Shown in pieces: positions 48,880 to 61,700 of a DNA stretch of 64,000 nt. The DNA comes from Callorhinchus milii (lineage: Eukaryota): the NCBI RefSeq assembly GCF_018977255.1, contig NW_024704743.1, positions 35,652,001 through 35,716,000 of the forward strand. The letters run 5' to 3'. Within the stretch, counting starts at the first letter, position 1; every line of letters starts with the position of its first letter. A program made the translations under genes and the position numbers. The notes under the pieces were generated by a model. It searched no databases. It saw only the letters and a program-made list of their open reading frames with translations, and had not been told where the DNA came from.

Positions 48880-49266
48880 AGAAGGAAAACATACACATTT
48901 ATAGTGCCTTATCAAAACATCTCTCATTTAATTGCTGCAGTGTAGCGACAAATTTTGTAGGAAGCAAGATCCCACAAACAGCCATAAGGCAAGAGACCTA
49001 TTAATCTGCAGGACCGCTGGCCAAGAAACCCATATTTGAAATACTCTTGTGGAAATCTTAGCACAAAAACAGGCAGTAGGGCCCTTAGTTTCAGGACGTT
49101 TTGATAAGAGTTAGTCGAGTGTCAATCTAGACTATCAACTCAAGTTCTGACGTGGGGCTTGAAGCACTCTTAAGATGCTATCCTGCGTGAAGGGTGCTAT
49201 ATAAGTGTTGTGGAACCCGCAACCTTCTGACCCTGAGGCGAGGGTGCTACCAACTCAGCCAGACTG
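48880..49266 (-). mobile_element. Degenerate Deu/SacSINE1-like SINE with a nested L2 tail (~49165-49210, +)
   Basis: gcaagatcccacaaacagcca; caaccttctgac.ctgaggcgag.gtgctaccaact.agcca head. Confidence 0.6.
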
Positions 49267-50084
49267 AAACATCAGCAGAACAGGCAGCAATAAATGCCCG
49301 TGTGGAACGTTTGAAAGTATTAAAAGTGCAGCCCCAGTTTGCCATGTCTAGTATGTGTGCCTGTGAGTTTGTGTGTGGTGCGTGCGAGTTAGTTACACAG
49401 TCAAACAACACACATAACGTCTTTGTACAGTGAGTGCTCACTCACAGAAGATGGAGGAAGGATCTGCGAAGCAACTGGCTGGCCTTCAGTCAACAGCTGC
49501 AGTCGTACTGACTGACAGCGAGATATTAGCTGAGACGGATCACAGTTCAGGAACCCAGCCACAATGAGGAACTCTGCGCTTATTTCTTAAATTAAAACAT
49601 TTAACAATTGATTAGCACATGCAATGGGGCAAAGTAGTTGATACTGATGTACTCTGTATAAAGGGGCTGTAGGATTTGGGTGACCGATGTGGAGGGAACG
49701 TCTATCTATTCTCTCTTCTCTCTCTCTCTCTCTCTCTCGGTTCTGCTGACTGGAGAGTTTTGTCAGCTGGCAGTTGACTGACCGTTGCCTGAGGATTTGT
49801 GATTGCTTCTGGAAAGGTTGGGGTGGGGGAGGGGGACTGCCAACGGTCGGCCACTTGTTACTGTTCACAGACTTAAATCTTTTTACCTGCTTTAGTTTAC
49901 CCGCCCCCATCCACCACCACCACCTTTGAAACCCAGCATTGAAATTGAATCATCCTTTGCCCCTGCGCTGTGCACTGTGATGTGCAGGAAATGTGTGCAA
50001 AGACTCAGTTTCTGCCTGTTCACAGGATGCCTCGGGACAGTGTGCTCTCCTGTGTCACCAATCACTAGGACAGAGGAGGTTCAA

Positions 50085-50160
50085 GGGGGTTGGAGTACAG
50101 TGTGTGTGTGGGGGGGTTGGAGTACAGTGTGTGTGGGGGTGGGGTGGAGTACAGTGCGCG
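50085..50160. repeat. Three tandem copies of ~27-bp GGGGTTGGAGTACAGTGTGTG
   Basis: Directly visible. Confidence 0.8.
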
Positions 50161-52339
50161 GGGGGGAGGTGGGGGGGGGGGGCAGAGTGGCGGGTAGAGT
50201 ACCTAAGTGACTTTGGTTACTTGAGTAGATGAGCCATACGGATAATAATAATCCTTGCATTTGATATAGCGCCTTTTCACATCTTTAAGACGTCTCAAAG
50301 CACTTCACAAAATATACTGTGAAGTGAATTGACTGTATATGTTGAGGGCGAAATGAGGCAGGCCCCAGGTTCAGTACAGCGTTGGCAGATTGTAGTTGGT
50401 CAGAATAAGAATAATGTGTTTTTTGGCCAGGAATTGAAGACGAGTTGCAAAAAGTACAATATTTTTGTAACTGAGAGCACAGGTGCAGATGCTGTACTTG
50501 AGATATCCAGGTACACTTCGATAGGGTGACTTCAGGGGTACAGAGGACGTTGAAGGCTCACAAGGTAATTACTTGGTCCTGAGGAGGAGCATTGCCAGTG
50601 GAAGCTCCAGCTCATCATTGGGTCTGTGACTTAAGAGTATTGCTTGCTCTACGAAGACCTTCAGCGTGTTCCAATGTCGAGACTGCTTTTCCAGTGTAGT
50701 GAAGAGGCTTAGCTACCCTCAACATCCACACCACAGAAGCTTTCAGACTGCCACAAGAGATCTCTTGGGAATTGACTGTGTTACTGTGTACTGCATTGAA
50801 GAGCTGAGTTGCATTTGCTTCCTGCACCTACGGACACTGTGGACAGCGAGACACTCATCTCACTCCCCACTAAGCTTTGTAATTAGGTTTTTTATACTTG
50901 TTTGGATTCCTTCACAGACGTGAAACTGCTATTTTATTATAATACTGTAATAATAATCCTTGCATTTGATATAAGGCCTTATCACATGATCGAGCAGTTT
51001 GAAAGTACTTCATAGGATTATACTGTGAATTGTTGTGTCTGTCTTTGTAGGCAAATGTGGCAGCTGGTTTGTAAGCCACCTCCCCTTTTACTTTTAGCGC
51101 AGTTAGAGAATGACAGACTTCCAAAATGTGTTAAAAATTAAAAATATAATGGGACTAAGGTAAACTGGATGGATGGTTGAGGTATTTCAGCGCTAAGAAA
51201 TGTGTCTTCATTAAAGCCTCCTCGTTGTCTGCTATATTTTTGTTCCCACCAAATTGCGTTATTCTTACTTTGGAGTGGGGAATGTGGCTCTCCCATCTAA
51301 TGGTGTCATTTCAATGTATTATCAAGCAGGCTTTGTTCCTGTTGTTAACATCCAGAAATATTTCAACTCCATGTCTTAACACAGCCCTGTGGTTTAGCAA
51401 GCAGGTTAATGATACTCCAGTTCCCAGATGTGTCTCAGGCCGACGCTCTGGAACTTTGCTCAGACGCTGATTCACTGATAGGTGTCAGGAGCTTCCTGTG
51501 GCTTCATGGAAGTCAAAACTGAGATTAGCGTTTGCAGAGCTCTGGAGTGGCATAAGCAGTAGCTTTGAGGGCTAATCACCACCGCTGCGGTTCAGCAGGG
51601 TGTTACCGGAGAGGAGGGGTGGGAGCAACCAACACAAAGGGAAAGGTGTCCATGCAATTAGTGCCTGTCCGTCCTGCTGACCAGCGGCCATTGTGATCCT
51701 GATTGCAGCAGTTAGTGCTGACTTTGTAAGCGGAGCATGAGCTCTGAGAAATGGGGCAACTCGACTGTGGTACCTACCTCCACTGTGAGAGGGGAGGTGA
51801 CTTTCTGAAGTCATGGAATTCTCAGTTTGGTTTAGATACTCTTAAGCACATGATAGGTTTTCACATGTGTCAGACCCGGCTGACCCCCAGAAAATGCTCA
51901 CTGCCTCGGGCTCACGTGAAGAGTGGCCACTTGGGTGAGATGTGATCAGGCCTCCGTAGAACCATACCCCAGTGCGAGTCAGCCTCTCCGGGATAGGGGA
52001 ACAAAATGTAGTCGAGTACTGTACTACATTTTTGTTACACACGGTGGGTGGTTGGAATGAAAACAAATTCCCACTGGAGTCGAGCAAACAGCATTTAAAC
52101 AGTATTTGGATAAATATTTGCAGGTAAATAATATTAGAACGTGCAGGGGAATAGGATTAGAGCAGACAGCTCCAGTGGGGGGAGCTAACCCCAGATTGGG
52201 TATGATGGATCAAATGGCCACCTTCTGGAATGCCTACACTTGGTAGCACAAGGAATTTTTGACCCTTTACATCTGCAAATGAATCCCATTATTTCCTTCA
52301 CAGGGCTAAACATTTTTACAGGTGGTACACCTTAGAGCC

Positions 52340-52553
52340 TAATAATAATCCCTCCAAAACCAAAAAAACAATAACAAATTGGTCATTTTCAATCTACGAC
52401 TGTTTGTGGGACATTGCTGTGCGCAATTGGCTGCCGCGTTCGCCCACAAATATACAGTCAATTCACTTTACAGTGTGTTCTGTGAAGCGCTTTGGGACGT
52501 CCTCCCGACGTGAAAAGCGCTATATCAAATGCAAGGATTATTATTATTATTAT
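52340..52553 (+). mobile_element. SINE 3' half carrying an L2-alpha stem-loop
   Basis: SINE body followed by gggacgtcctcccgacgtgaaaagcgctatatcaaatgcaagga(tta)n. Confidence 0.88.
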
Positions 52554-52571
52554 AGTGATTTCAGAAAGCCG

Positions 52572-52692
52572 TAAATAATAAATAATCCTTGCATTTGATA
52601 TATTGCTTAATCATATCTTGGAGGCATCTCAAAGCGTTTCACACTGTAAAGTGAATTGACTGTATTTTGTGGGTGAAACACGGCAGCCAATT
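52572..52692 (-). mobile_element. SINE 3' tail fragment
   Basis: (AAT)n ccttgcatttgatat...tgtaaagtgaattgactgtat...gcagccaatt. Confidence 0.8.
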
Positions 52693-52705
52693 AGAGTTCT
52701 ACGAT

Positions 52706-53075
52706 TATAATAATCCTTGCATTTAATTTAGCGCCTTATCATGTCTTCGAGACGTCTCAAAGCGTTTCACAGGATATACTGTAAAGTGAATTGACTGTAT
52801 GTTTTGTGGGCGAAATGCGGCAGCCAATTGCGCACAGCAGTGTCCCACAAACAGTTGTGGATTGAGTGACCAAATTATTATTAATTTTTTTGAAGGGATT
52901 ATTACTCCTGGAAAAGCAATCCGCCAATCGACTAACAACTGGGCTCCTATTTACTGCTAGGTAAACAGAGGCGTGTGGAGTAAGGAAACTTGCCCAAAGT
53001 TTCGCCCTGCCGGGAATCAAACCCAGGTCCTCTCGCTTGCATGATGAGTGCTCTAACCTCTAAGCTACAGGATTC
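52706..53075 (-). mobile_element. Full-length tRNA-derived SINE
   Basis: Colinear and highly similar to 17300-17693. Confidence 0.9.
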
Positions 53076-53849
53076 TACTAAAAAGGGAATCTTTCAGTCT
53101 GTGTTTCACGGCTGTGGTTTTGTTTGTCTGTGCTCGTGAGAAAGTTGGACTCGGTGCTGATAAAACCGAGAGGAGACTAGCCCTCAGCTTCACACACTTT
53201 CCAGTCTTGAAATTGCTTGGCTGCCCTTTGCCCTGCCTGCCTTGTACTGGTTGAAAAGGTACCATTGTTTGCTCTGCAAACATTGAGTGCCCGTTTGTAG
53301 CTGCTCCTTGGCAATCCACTGGAGCCAAACACCTGAGGAGCATCACACTTTAGTGAGGAGGGGGAGGGGATAGCGGAAGGACTGGGAAGGAGTGTTTGTT
53401 GTGCAAACAGGAGAGGAGTGAGCCAAAACCTTTTGTTGCTGTTGAAAAGTGGGATCCTAGTTCCAGGGCAGGAACGAGGGGGAGCCTCCCTCCGTATTGG
53501 AAAAGGCATTGGGATTAATGCGTTTGTGAAAAAAAGGAGATATTTAATTGTGCCTTTTCTAGTCCCCCTCCCCCCCCCGACCCACACAAATCCGAATGAC
53601 TACTGAACCCTGGTTCATTGTAAAGGAATCTTGCTACTCATTAAACATTAAAATGTTAATGCAGAACGCCCATTAACATTTAACGTTCCATGGTGTTTTA
53701 ACATGGATACTTTTAACCACTTTAACGTCAGACTTTGTCTGAAGGAACTGGGAGCAGTACTGAGACAGGCAGGCGGGCAGTCTGAGAGGCCTGATTATGA
53801 GCAGAGATCACACAATATCCACTGACCATATCGCTTCAACTCTACATAT

Positions 53850-53990
53850 TATAATAATCCTTGTGTTTGATATAGCGCTTTATCACGCCGTTGAGATGTC
53901 TCAAAGCTTTTCACAGAATATATTGTAAAGTGGACTGACTGTGTATTTTGTGGGCGAAACGCAGCAGCCAATTGGGCACAGCAATGTACC
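53850..53990 (-). mobile_element. SINE 3' half
   Basis: Same tail and body motifs as the other copies. Confidence 0.8.
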
Positions 53991-55369
53991 ACACCTCAGA
54001 TAATAACAACAAAATCTCCTGCCGAGCATGAGATAGTTTGAATCTTCCCTACCCCACCCAGTGTCTTTGAGGTTTGGGTTCCCTCAGGGATACGGTGGAG
54101 GGAGGGGGGCCTGATAGCGAGGCACTGAGAAGGAGACCCCACCCATAGATATCCAGGCCAGTCATTGATGGGGGTGGGGGTCTGAAGTAGAACCCCACCC
54201 ATTGGTATCCAGACGATTGCTGAATGTTAATGGTGATGTGAGCCTGGGGGGCAGAGTTCAGCACTAGTGTAGTAAAGGAGTGAGAGGCTGGAGCTGATTT
54301 TTTTCCCCCTGCACAGCCACCCCCTGTGGGACTCAGATCTTATTACCTCAGGCTGGCTAACAGGTTTCTGACCATACCTGGAAGGGGAGGAGAAGTAGTA
54401 GTGCCATTACAACAAAACTTTTGCCTGCAGACGTCTCCACTGCTTGCAGTCGCCAAACTTTCCAAACCAGTTTCCTCCGATTGTAATCGACACCCGTCGT
54501 TAATATTTTGAATAATTCTGTTTCAAAGAGTAGAGGATTGATTCTTCAACAACGATACCTCTCTAAAACTGCAGTGAGCTCAGTTAATCTCTCCCCCCCC
54601 CCCCCCCACCACTCCCTCCAAACAAAAATTGCTAAAGAATGCTTGAACAGGCCTGAATTTCACTGTGCGCCTGGTCTCTCTGACTCCTGATTCATTCCGG
54701 GTTTGACACATGCAACAGGGCTGTTGGGAGGGAAATGAGCTGGAGTGCTCGTGGCACCCCAGCAGGCATGTGTCAGTCACGGTGCTCTCTCCCACTTCAT
54801 CTTAGCCCAGTTTGGAGTGAGTGGCAGCCACAACTGCACAGCATCTAATATGAACCTACCCACCAAGTCACCCGCATTTTAATCCCCTCTTGTTATTGTT
54901 ACCGATGTATTGTGCAAAATACTTTTTTTGAATGCTGAAAGTGGCAGAGGCAAAGTTCTGCTATCTGGTTTCGTACAGTTCAACCACAGGTTTCAGTAAA
55001 CATTAACTACATTATCAGGGGCTGCAACCGGCTTATTGGTTATACTAGGAGCAGGGAGGAAGATGAAATGAGAAAGCTCAAGGTCGCTGGAAGGACAGAA
55101 AGTAAAAAAAGAAAAAAAAGTAATTTGTATTGAAAAGATGAAGGGACTGTGAGGGATGAGAAGCCGACTGGATGAACCCCCCCCCCCCCCCCCACCACCA
55201 CCACCCAGAACCCTCTACTGATAAGTCTCTCTAATAAATGCTTTTACTTCTGATTTTATATATGATCTAAACAAATGGTTCTTTATTAACTGATAATTGC
55301 CCCTTCTCCAGCTGTCAGGGAAGATGATAGCCTCCCAGTGGTCGGATTCATTCTTCAGTGGATATTTTA

Positions 55370-55660
55370 AACATGTCTTTTCTCTTGTACTTTTTTTTCT
55401 TCCTTTTTATTCTCATTTGTTCTCTGTGACCTTTTCTTCCTCTTTACTTGTTCATCCATCTCTCTCTCTCTCTCTCTGTCTCTCTCTTTCTCTGTTTCTT
55501 CCTCTTCCTGTGTATATCTTTCCTTGTTTCTCTCTCCCTCTCTCTCCTTGTGTGTGTCTCTCTCCCCTCCGTCCCTCTCTCTCCTTCCCCCTTTCCCTGC
55601 TTCTTTCTTCGCCTCTCTCCGTTTCTCCGTTTTCCTATTTCTCTTCTCTTTTTCTCCCTT
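55370..55660. repeat. Polypyrimidine (CT-rich) low-complexity tract
   Basis: Directly visible; source of SL-rich spurious ORFs. Confidence 0.85.
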
Positions 55661-55884
55661 ACAACTATGTGCTAAGCTCAGAGCAGTGCTGTTGATACTT
55701 GTGAATCTTCTGTCCTAATTATTTGCCGTCAGAAGTTCAAACTGGAGTTTGTTAAAACGTATAAACGTTGTGTTTGTGTTGCGCTTTTCTAATCCTGCAA
55801 CAATGAGTGTTTTTTTCCCCCTGGTTCTTTACCTTAGTCTCATCATTTTTTTTTAAGATAAGACTGGTTCCTTTTTTGTTTTTC

Positions 55885-56090
55885 TGGGGGTAATAATCTC
55901 TTCAAAAAAATAAATGATAATTTGTTCACTCAATCCACAATTGTTTGAGGGACACTGCTGTGCGCAATTGGCTGCTACGTTTCTCCCACAAAATATGCAG
56001 TCAATAAATGTTACATTCTATTCTGTGAAGCGCTTTGAGACGTCTCGAAGATGTGATAAGTCACTATATCAAATGCAAGGATTATTATTG
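55885..56090 (+). mobile_element. SINE 3' half
   Basis: cactcaatccacaa...gtgcgcaattggctgct...gtgaagcgctttgagacgtctcgaagatgtgataag...ggattatta. Confidence 0.85.
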
Positions 56091-57604
56091 CAATAAGAGG
56101 AATGAGCAGGAAAAATAAAACTAGCTCTGGCAGAACTTCACTTGCTAGCTATCATGGGTTGAGACGCTTTCAGACTTTACTGAGCTTCAAAAAGAATGCA
56201 TTTGACCATAATCAAAAACAATCTCAGTCGGTGTTCATCAATACATCTCCAGCTTTTTAATTTGTTCTTTTCAGCACCAGATGCTTGAATCTTCTCCCCA
56301 CACCGATGTACACTTTCTCTATATTAAAGTAAATTTTTTTTGAAAGACCAAAAACTTCCTAATTAACAATTTGACACGGCAAAACTGGTCACTTGAAAGT
56401 CTTACTAGCTATGTAGTGTTTCTCCAGAGTGTAGCATAGGTACATTGTGTGCTGATTAAAGCTCTTGTATACTGTGTGATATTGTACATCTTGGTCATTG
56501 GTGTGTTCCCTGAAACATGCTGCAGTAAAGCAAACATATTCACAGGTAAGGATTGACGTTAGCTCGTCTTTTTTAAAAAAAAAGAAGCCGTGGTATTAAA
56601 AACTACTGTATTGCCACATCATACGAATGCATCAGTGCACATTTTCAAACCCAGATGAAAACAGTCTGACTTTTACTGTGTGTGTGTGTGTGTGTATACA
56701 GTGTAGTCTAATCAAGAGGTTTGAAGTGGAGGGACATTCGGTTGAGACGTTTTGGTAAGAGATTTAGAACAAGTATTTTTCACTTGAAAGGAAACTCCTC
56801 TTGAGTGAAAATGAACAAATTCCGTAGAAATGCAGCTTTGCTGTCAGTCTGTGAACTGATGGGGGCTGAACAGCTGTGTGGTGCACAGCTATTGGCGCTG
56901 ACTATTCATGTGATGTGTGTCTCTGTGCGTGTGGGGGTGGGTTGGTACCGAGCACAGCAGCAGTTGGCTGGGTGCTCTGCTCTTGTACTTTGGCCTGCAT
57001 CATCATGTCTGTAACTTGCAAAGGAGAGATTAACTGTGAGGATGGTGTTAGGATTACAGCTTCTTAGGGTATATAGATCCACCTACTGTACGTGCATCTG
57101 TGAAAGTGCTTACTGTGGTGTACAGGCTTCTACCTCAACAGCCCAGGCACTGAGTTCAGTAAAGGGGGAGGGGGTGCGCTCAGCAAAAGGTTACCCCCAA
57201 TGTGCACTGCAGCTAGTGTTTTTAATAAATTGCCAAAGCATTTTAATCCTTTAGTTATAAACTCGGGGGATTGTTCACTAGTAGTGTTTGCGTGGAGTAG
57301 GTTAATTAGCAACGAAAGTGTCAAAAGTTTGCAAGAATCCAACTTTGGGGGATATAACTCCTGGAGAAACGTTTTAAACGTCTTATCTCCTAGCTTGTGT
57401 CTGTTGTATGTATTAGGAGCCGATTTCCTGCTCAGGCTCGTATCTATTATAATGTTTGTGTAATATATTTTACCTAAACTCTAGTAGTTTAGAGTGTCTC
57501 TTCTATATAGGCAAGGTATAGGCACGCGAGTGTCCCCACATGCCTATACTTTGAGATTGAAGTCTTTTTATGAAAACCTGTCACCCTCCATCTCTCCTCT
57601 CCTG

Positions 57605-57677
57605 GCTTCTGTCCAGCACCTTGGGATGTCCTCCCGACGTGAAAGGCGCTCTGTAAATGAAATTGTGTTGTTGTTGT
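57605..57677 (+). mobile_element. Short L2-alpha tail
   Basis: ccttgggatgtcctcccgacgtgaaaggcgctctgtaaatgaaattg(ttg)n. Confidence 0.85.
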
Positions 57678-57809
57678 TCCCTTTCTTTCTCTTTCGTTGA
57701 GACGTCTCCTCCTCTCTTCTCTCTGCTCTCCTTTCCTCTCTTTTCTCCCCTCTCCTCTGCTCTCCTCTCCAGAGAGCGCTGACTCATGCTGTGGCATACA
57801 TTCCCACAG

Positions 57810-58130
57810 GTGCCGATTGCCCTCTGGTAGCTCGCCCAGTAATTCTTACGTACGATCCTCAGCAGCGAGTGTCAGCACACTGTGGGAGGATCCTGTCCTT
57901 GCCCAATATGATATCACACACGCACACTTTCCAGGAAGGGTCACTGGATAGCAGTCAGCTGTGGGACCCCCAGCCCCTCACCTTAGCCCAAAGAGCAGAG
58001 GCAAACCAAACGCTTGAACTGTTCCCTGGCCTGAGATGAGCTAACCAGTTGGTTGCGGAGTCTCCAGGCTGTGTGCCCTGGATGGATCAATCCCTCTGTG
58101 GGCAGTGCACACACTTACTGAGCCATTGAG
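57810..58130 (-). mobile_element. Ancient SINE-like repeat (family F)
   Basis: gatcctgtcct...cacacgcacactttccagga.gggtcactggatagc...; similar to 23600-23780. Confidence 0.55.
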
Positions 58131-61100
58131 GGAGCTTGAAGGTATTTTAAGAAGCAAATACTCAACTATTAATTATTTTAAGTTACTGGGTGAATACTAT
58201 TCATACAATATGTATGCAAGTGTAATTGGAGATGAGCAGGAATGATAGTAATATCCTCCTTTCAATAAAGCTGCTTCCTAGCCTGGCTCCCAGGTTGTGT
58301 TTGAAGCTAGAAACTCTCGGATGGCATATTCCCCTCCACGTGTTTGCTGAGAAGGCACAATTGCGAATCTCTCCTCCCGCCAGCTCTTCCCCACATCTAG
58401 TAGCAGGCTGGATTGCAATGTTGTTTTCCAGAGAAAGTAAGCAAAACAAAAAAAAAGACATCTTTTTCTTTTTTATGTTAAAAGTTTTTTAAAAAATTCC
58501 CTTTTTAATAGATACTGAAATTTTCTCTTTTTAAAAAAAAAGCAGTGTGAGACCTGATAAATTTACCTCAATAACATCTCAACCAGTGTTGAGGAATTTA
58601 CTGCGTTTTGAATTGTTGAGCTTTTGAAGGCTGAGTCGGGATCTTTATCTTCGGTATATTCAGTTGTATGGGATTCACAAGTTTCTTAAATAATGCTAGT
58701 TACAAGATGCGCACACTTGTGTATTGCTGGGATCGGGATCTTCCCATGCCAGGGGGAGGGGGTGCTCAACAACAACAACAAACAAATTAAATTTGTATAG
58801 CGCCTTTCACATCGGAAGGACGGCCCAAAGTGCTGCTCAGTCTTTAATAATAATCCTTGCATTTGATGTAGAGCGTTTCATGTCGGAAGGAAGGTTTCAC
58901 AGGATTTTATTATGAAGTGTAGTGACAGTATTTCTAAACAAATTTGGCATCGAATTTGCACAGAAAAACAAACCGCCTGGAAGCGAATGACTAATTTTAT
59001 CTGGAGGATTGTTGGTGAGGACACCAGGAAGAACTAGCTTCTGGAAGTTAAACAATAAGGTTTCACTGCTCGAAGTCTGGGGCTTATTTCCATGTCTTGA
59101 GGCTGCTTGTGCATTCAGACATCTTGGGAGATTTAATTGGAGTGGTTTGAACCTGGTTCTTCTAGGGTCTATTGGAATTAATGTAGAATTGGTGAGACCG
59201 CGTGTGTTTTATATTTAAAGCTCTGTCAGAGACTTGAGGTCTTGTGAAAGTTTAGACTCAGTACAGAGAAGCAAGACAACTTTTGTGTAATTACAAGCAA
59301 CACCCTACCTACAGGAAAGTAAAATGCTCCATTATCAACTAGCAGGGAGATAGATGAGTAATGAAAACGGGTGCTGCAATCTCTCATTGTGGGAATGGCC
59401 AACAAATAAAGAGAAAGCAGGTACAGTGCTTGTGCAGGATAAGAGATACTGGACATCTCCACATGGAAGAGGCAGAGATACCACAGTCCAATGGTTTCTG
59501 CTGACTCTTCTGCAATATAGCTGTATAATATAAGGCTTTGTGCATCCTTCAGTTTAGCTATGGAGTGGTTTGGGTTGATCTCCAACCTCCCCCCTGCCAT
59601 ATTTCTCAAGACTTTGCAATCTGCTTCCTGTCGTACAACAGAGGGATGGTGGTCGGGGGTGGGGAGGGGGTTAGTTGGTTCTGGTTACAAGGATGTGGTG
59701 AAGATGAGACCAGTTTCTGAGCCTACATAGACAGACAGTCATTGAAATGATCAAACTGTCTCGACTTATCCGGTGAGAGCAGTAAGGAATCGGACTGAAT
59801 AAGAAATTATTGAAGCATCCACCCACCCGACCCCCAGTGCCTTGTGAAAGTGCCTCTCAACTGAGATCAGTGGACTCAGCACAGACTGGGGATTGATAGA
59901 CTTTCCTCGTCTATATGGTTCGGTTTGATAAAAGCCAGTGGCTTTACCAGCTGAGCTGTTAGGGGATCCTTTAATAACAGCGTAGGAATACCGAGCTGGT
60001 GATTAGTTGTGTTTTTTTTCCCTTCGGTGCTGGGTATTTCTGGAATTCTGCTTTGCATGTTTCCAGTTTGCCCACATTGCTGATTGCGATACAGATGCGT
60101 GGAGATGTACACACTTGGAAGCATTAAACACTGAAACCAGGAAGCTGTGCATCATAGCTCTGGTTCAATACAGTGTCTTTTTCAGTGTATTTGCAGGCAC
60201 CTCACGTCTTACCACATTTTGGCAAATCTCTCGTACTTCCTGAATATATCCCATATCATTTTTAAGCTCCCCATATTGTGTACTGTTTTCTGTTCCAATG
60301 GTTTTGTGTTTCAGCAGCCCGGCCTTGTCCTGCAACTTTGTATTTTCCATCCTAGCACATTGTGTGTTAAAGTTTATGTGACCATTGATGTTATTTTGTG
60401 TCTGGAGATTTTACTCGGGGGCGAGGAAGAGGATAACGAGGAGGAGAAAGATGTGGGTTTGATTCTTTCTGCTCACTGACGCTGCAAGGTAATTGACTGT
60501 TAGAGCTCGCCCTCGAAACGTGAAGATTGAAAATCAGTGATGCATCAAACAGATGCAGTTATATGTACTGAATGAAGACGATGAAATTATAATCAGATCC
60601 ACAAAGACATCTGGAATAGTGTGACTAGAAAGTGGAGGTACTACCCGACTTGTAGAACTATCGTGAATGAAAAGTTTTATCCAGTTGCGACAAATCAACA
60701 GGTGACTGTGGGGCTGATGGTAACTGTGGGCATGGATCCACTGTGGTGGTGGCATTATGTGTATGTGTGTGTATATTTGAGCCTCAGGCCATGACAGAAG
60801 CATACTCCATCAAATGTATCCAGGAAGGAAGATTGACACAAAATAATGTTACAACCAAGTAGAACAAAATTGCTGACCAGTACATTGTTGGCTCCCAATA
60901 AACCACCTCGTGTTGGTTCTAGTGCCAATACCGCTCAGCATACCATTTGCTGCATGCCACCAGTTCCCAATCATGTATTATCTGTTTATTCTCTGAAGTA
61001 CAAAAGGACTGGGTGATGCAGTAAGTTATCAGACTGACCTTTAACCTCTGTGATCTGTTATCAAATCCACCTCGGACTGATCCCAGATGAAAAGGATTTG

Positions 61101-61289
61101 GAAAGTCCGAACACAGCTCCTTGTGGGCTCTGGCCTATTGTTACTGTTAGATGGCTTTTAATAGTCGCACTGTGCCAGATATCTTTGTGGATCTGATTAG
61201 AATTTCATCATCTTAATTCAGTACATATAACTGGGTTCTGTTTGATGCATCATTGATTTTCAAACATTCGGTGAATAAATTACTTGGGT

Positions 61290-61700
61290 TGGTTAGCGCC
61301 CTTTGTGGCCTCATGGTTATAAAGTCACTGCCCAGGAGATCTAAACCACGTGCAGCAGGAGATCGTAAGTTTGAATCTGTGATGCACTGCCTGATCTCAA
61401 CTAAAGCAGCAACTATAAGCATTGCAAAATGCCTCAGTGTCTGTCCCCTGCGTTCAGCAAGAGGAAGTCAGCCAGGGCTTACCCACTCCTTGTCACTACC
61501 CAGAGACCAGCTTCACTGAAAAGTGCAAGCTGCATGTTCGCGGATGCTAGGGGAGGGCAGAATCTGGCTCCCTACCCCCAGGGCGGTCAAAGCTCACACA
61601 GGACTAATGGCCTCTTGGGTAAGCTACCAGTTGGCAATCAGCACGTGTGGAACCATGCTCTAGGCAGAGTCCGTCCACATCTTTGGTAGGAAGGAGGAAA
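61290..61700 (+). mobile_element. Near full-length ancient SINE-like repeat (family F-related)
   Basis: tRNA-like head remnant, tgatctca.c..., tcagccaggg...ctcct, gaaaagtg; complementary to the minus-strand family F copies. Confidence 0.5.

Noticed and set aside
49446..49567. Candidate exon 2 after cacag (MEEGSAKQLAG...)
   Set aside because: Weak pyrimidine tract, stops in the phase-1 and ATG frames, and no good donor.
50380..50840. Coding-looking unique segment
   Set aside because: Stops in the frames examined and no motif I recognise. It may be an old TE remnant and needs TBLASTX.
60408..60488. Acidic stretch GGEEEDNEEEKD with downstream AAG|GTAATT as exon 2
   Set aside because: The phase-1 frame hits TAA at 60434-60436, and the acidic frame stops (TGA) before the donor.
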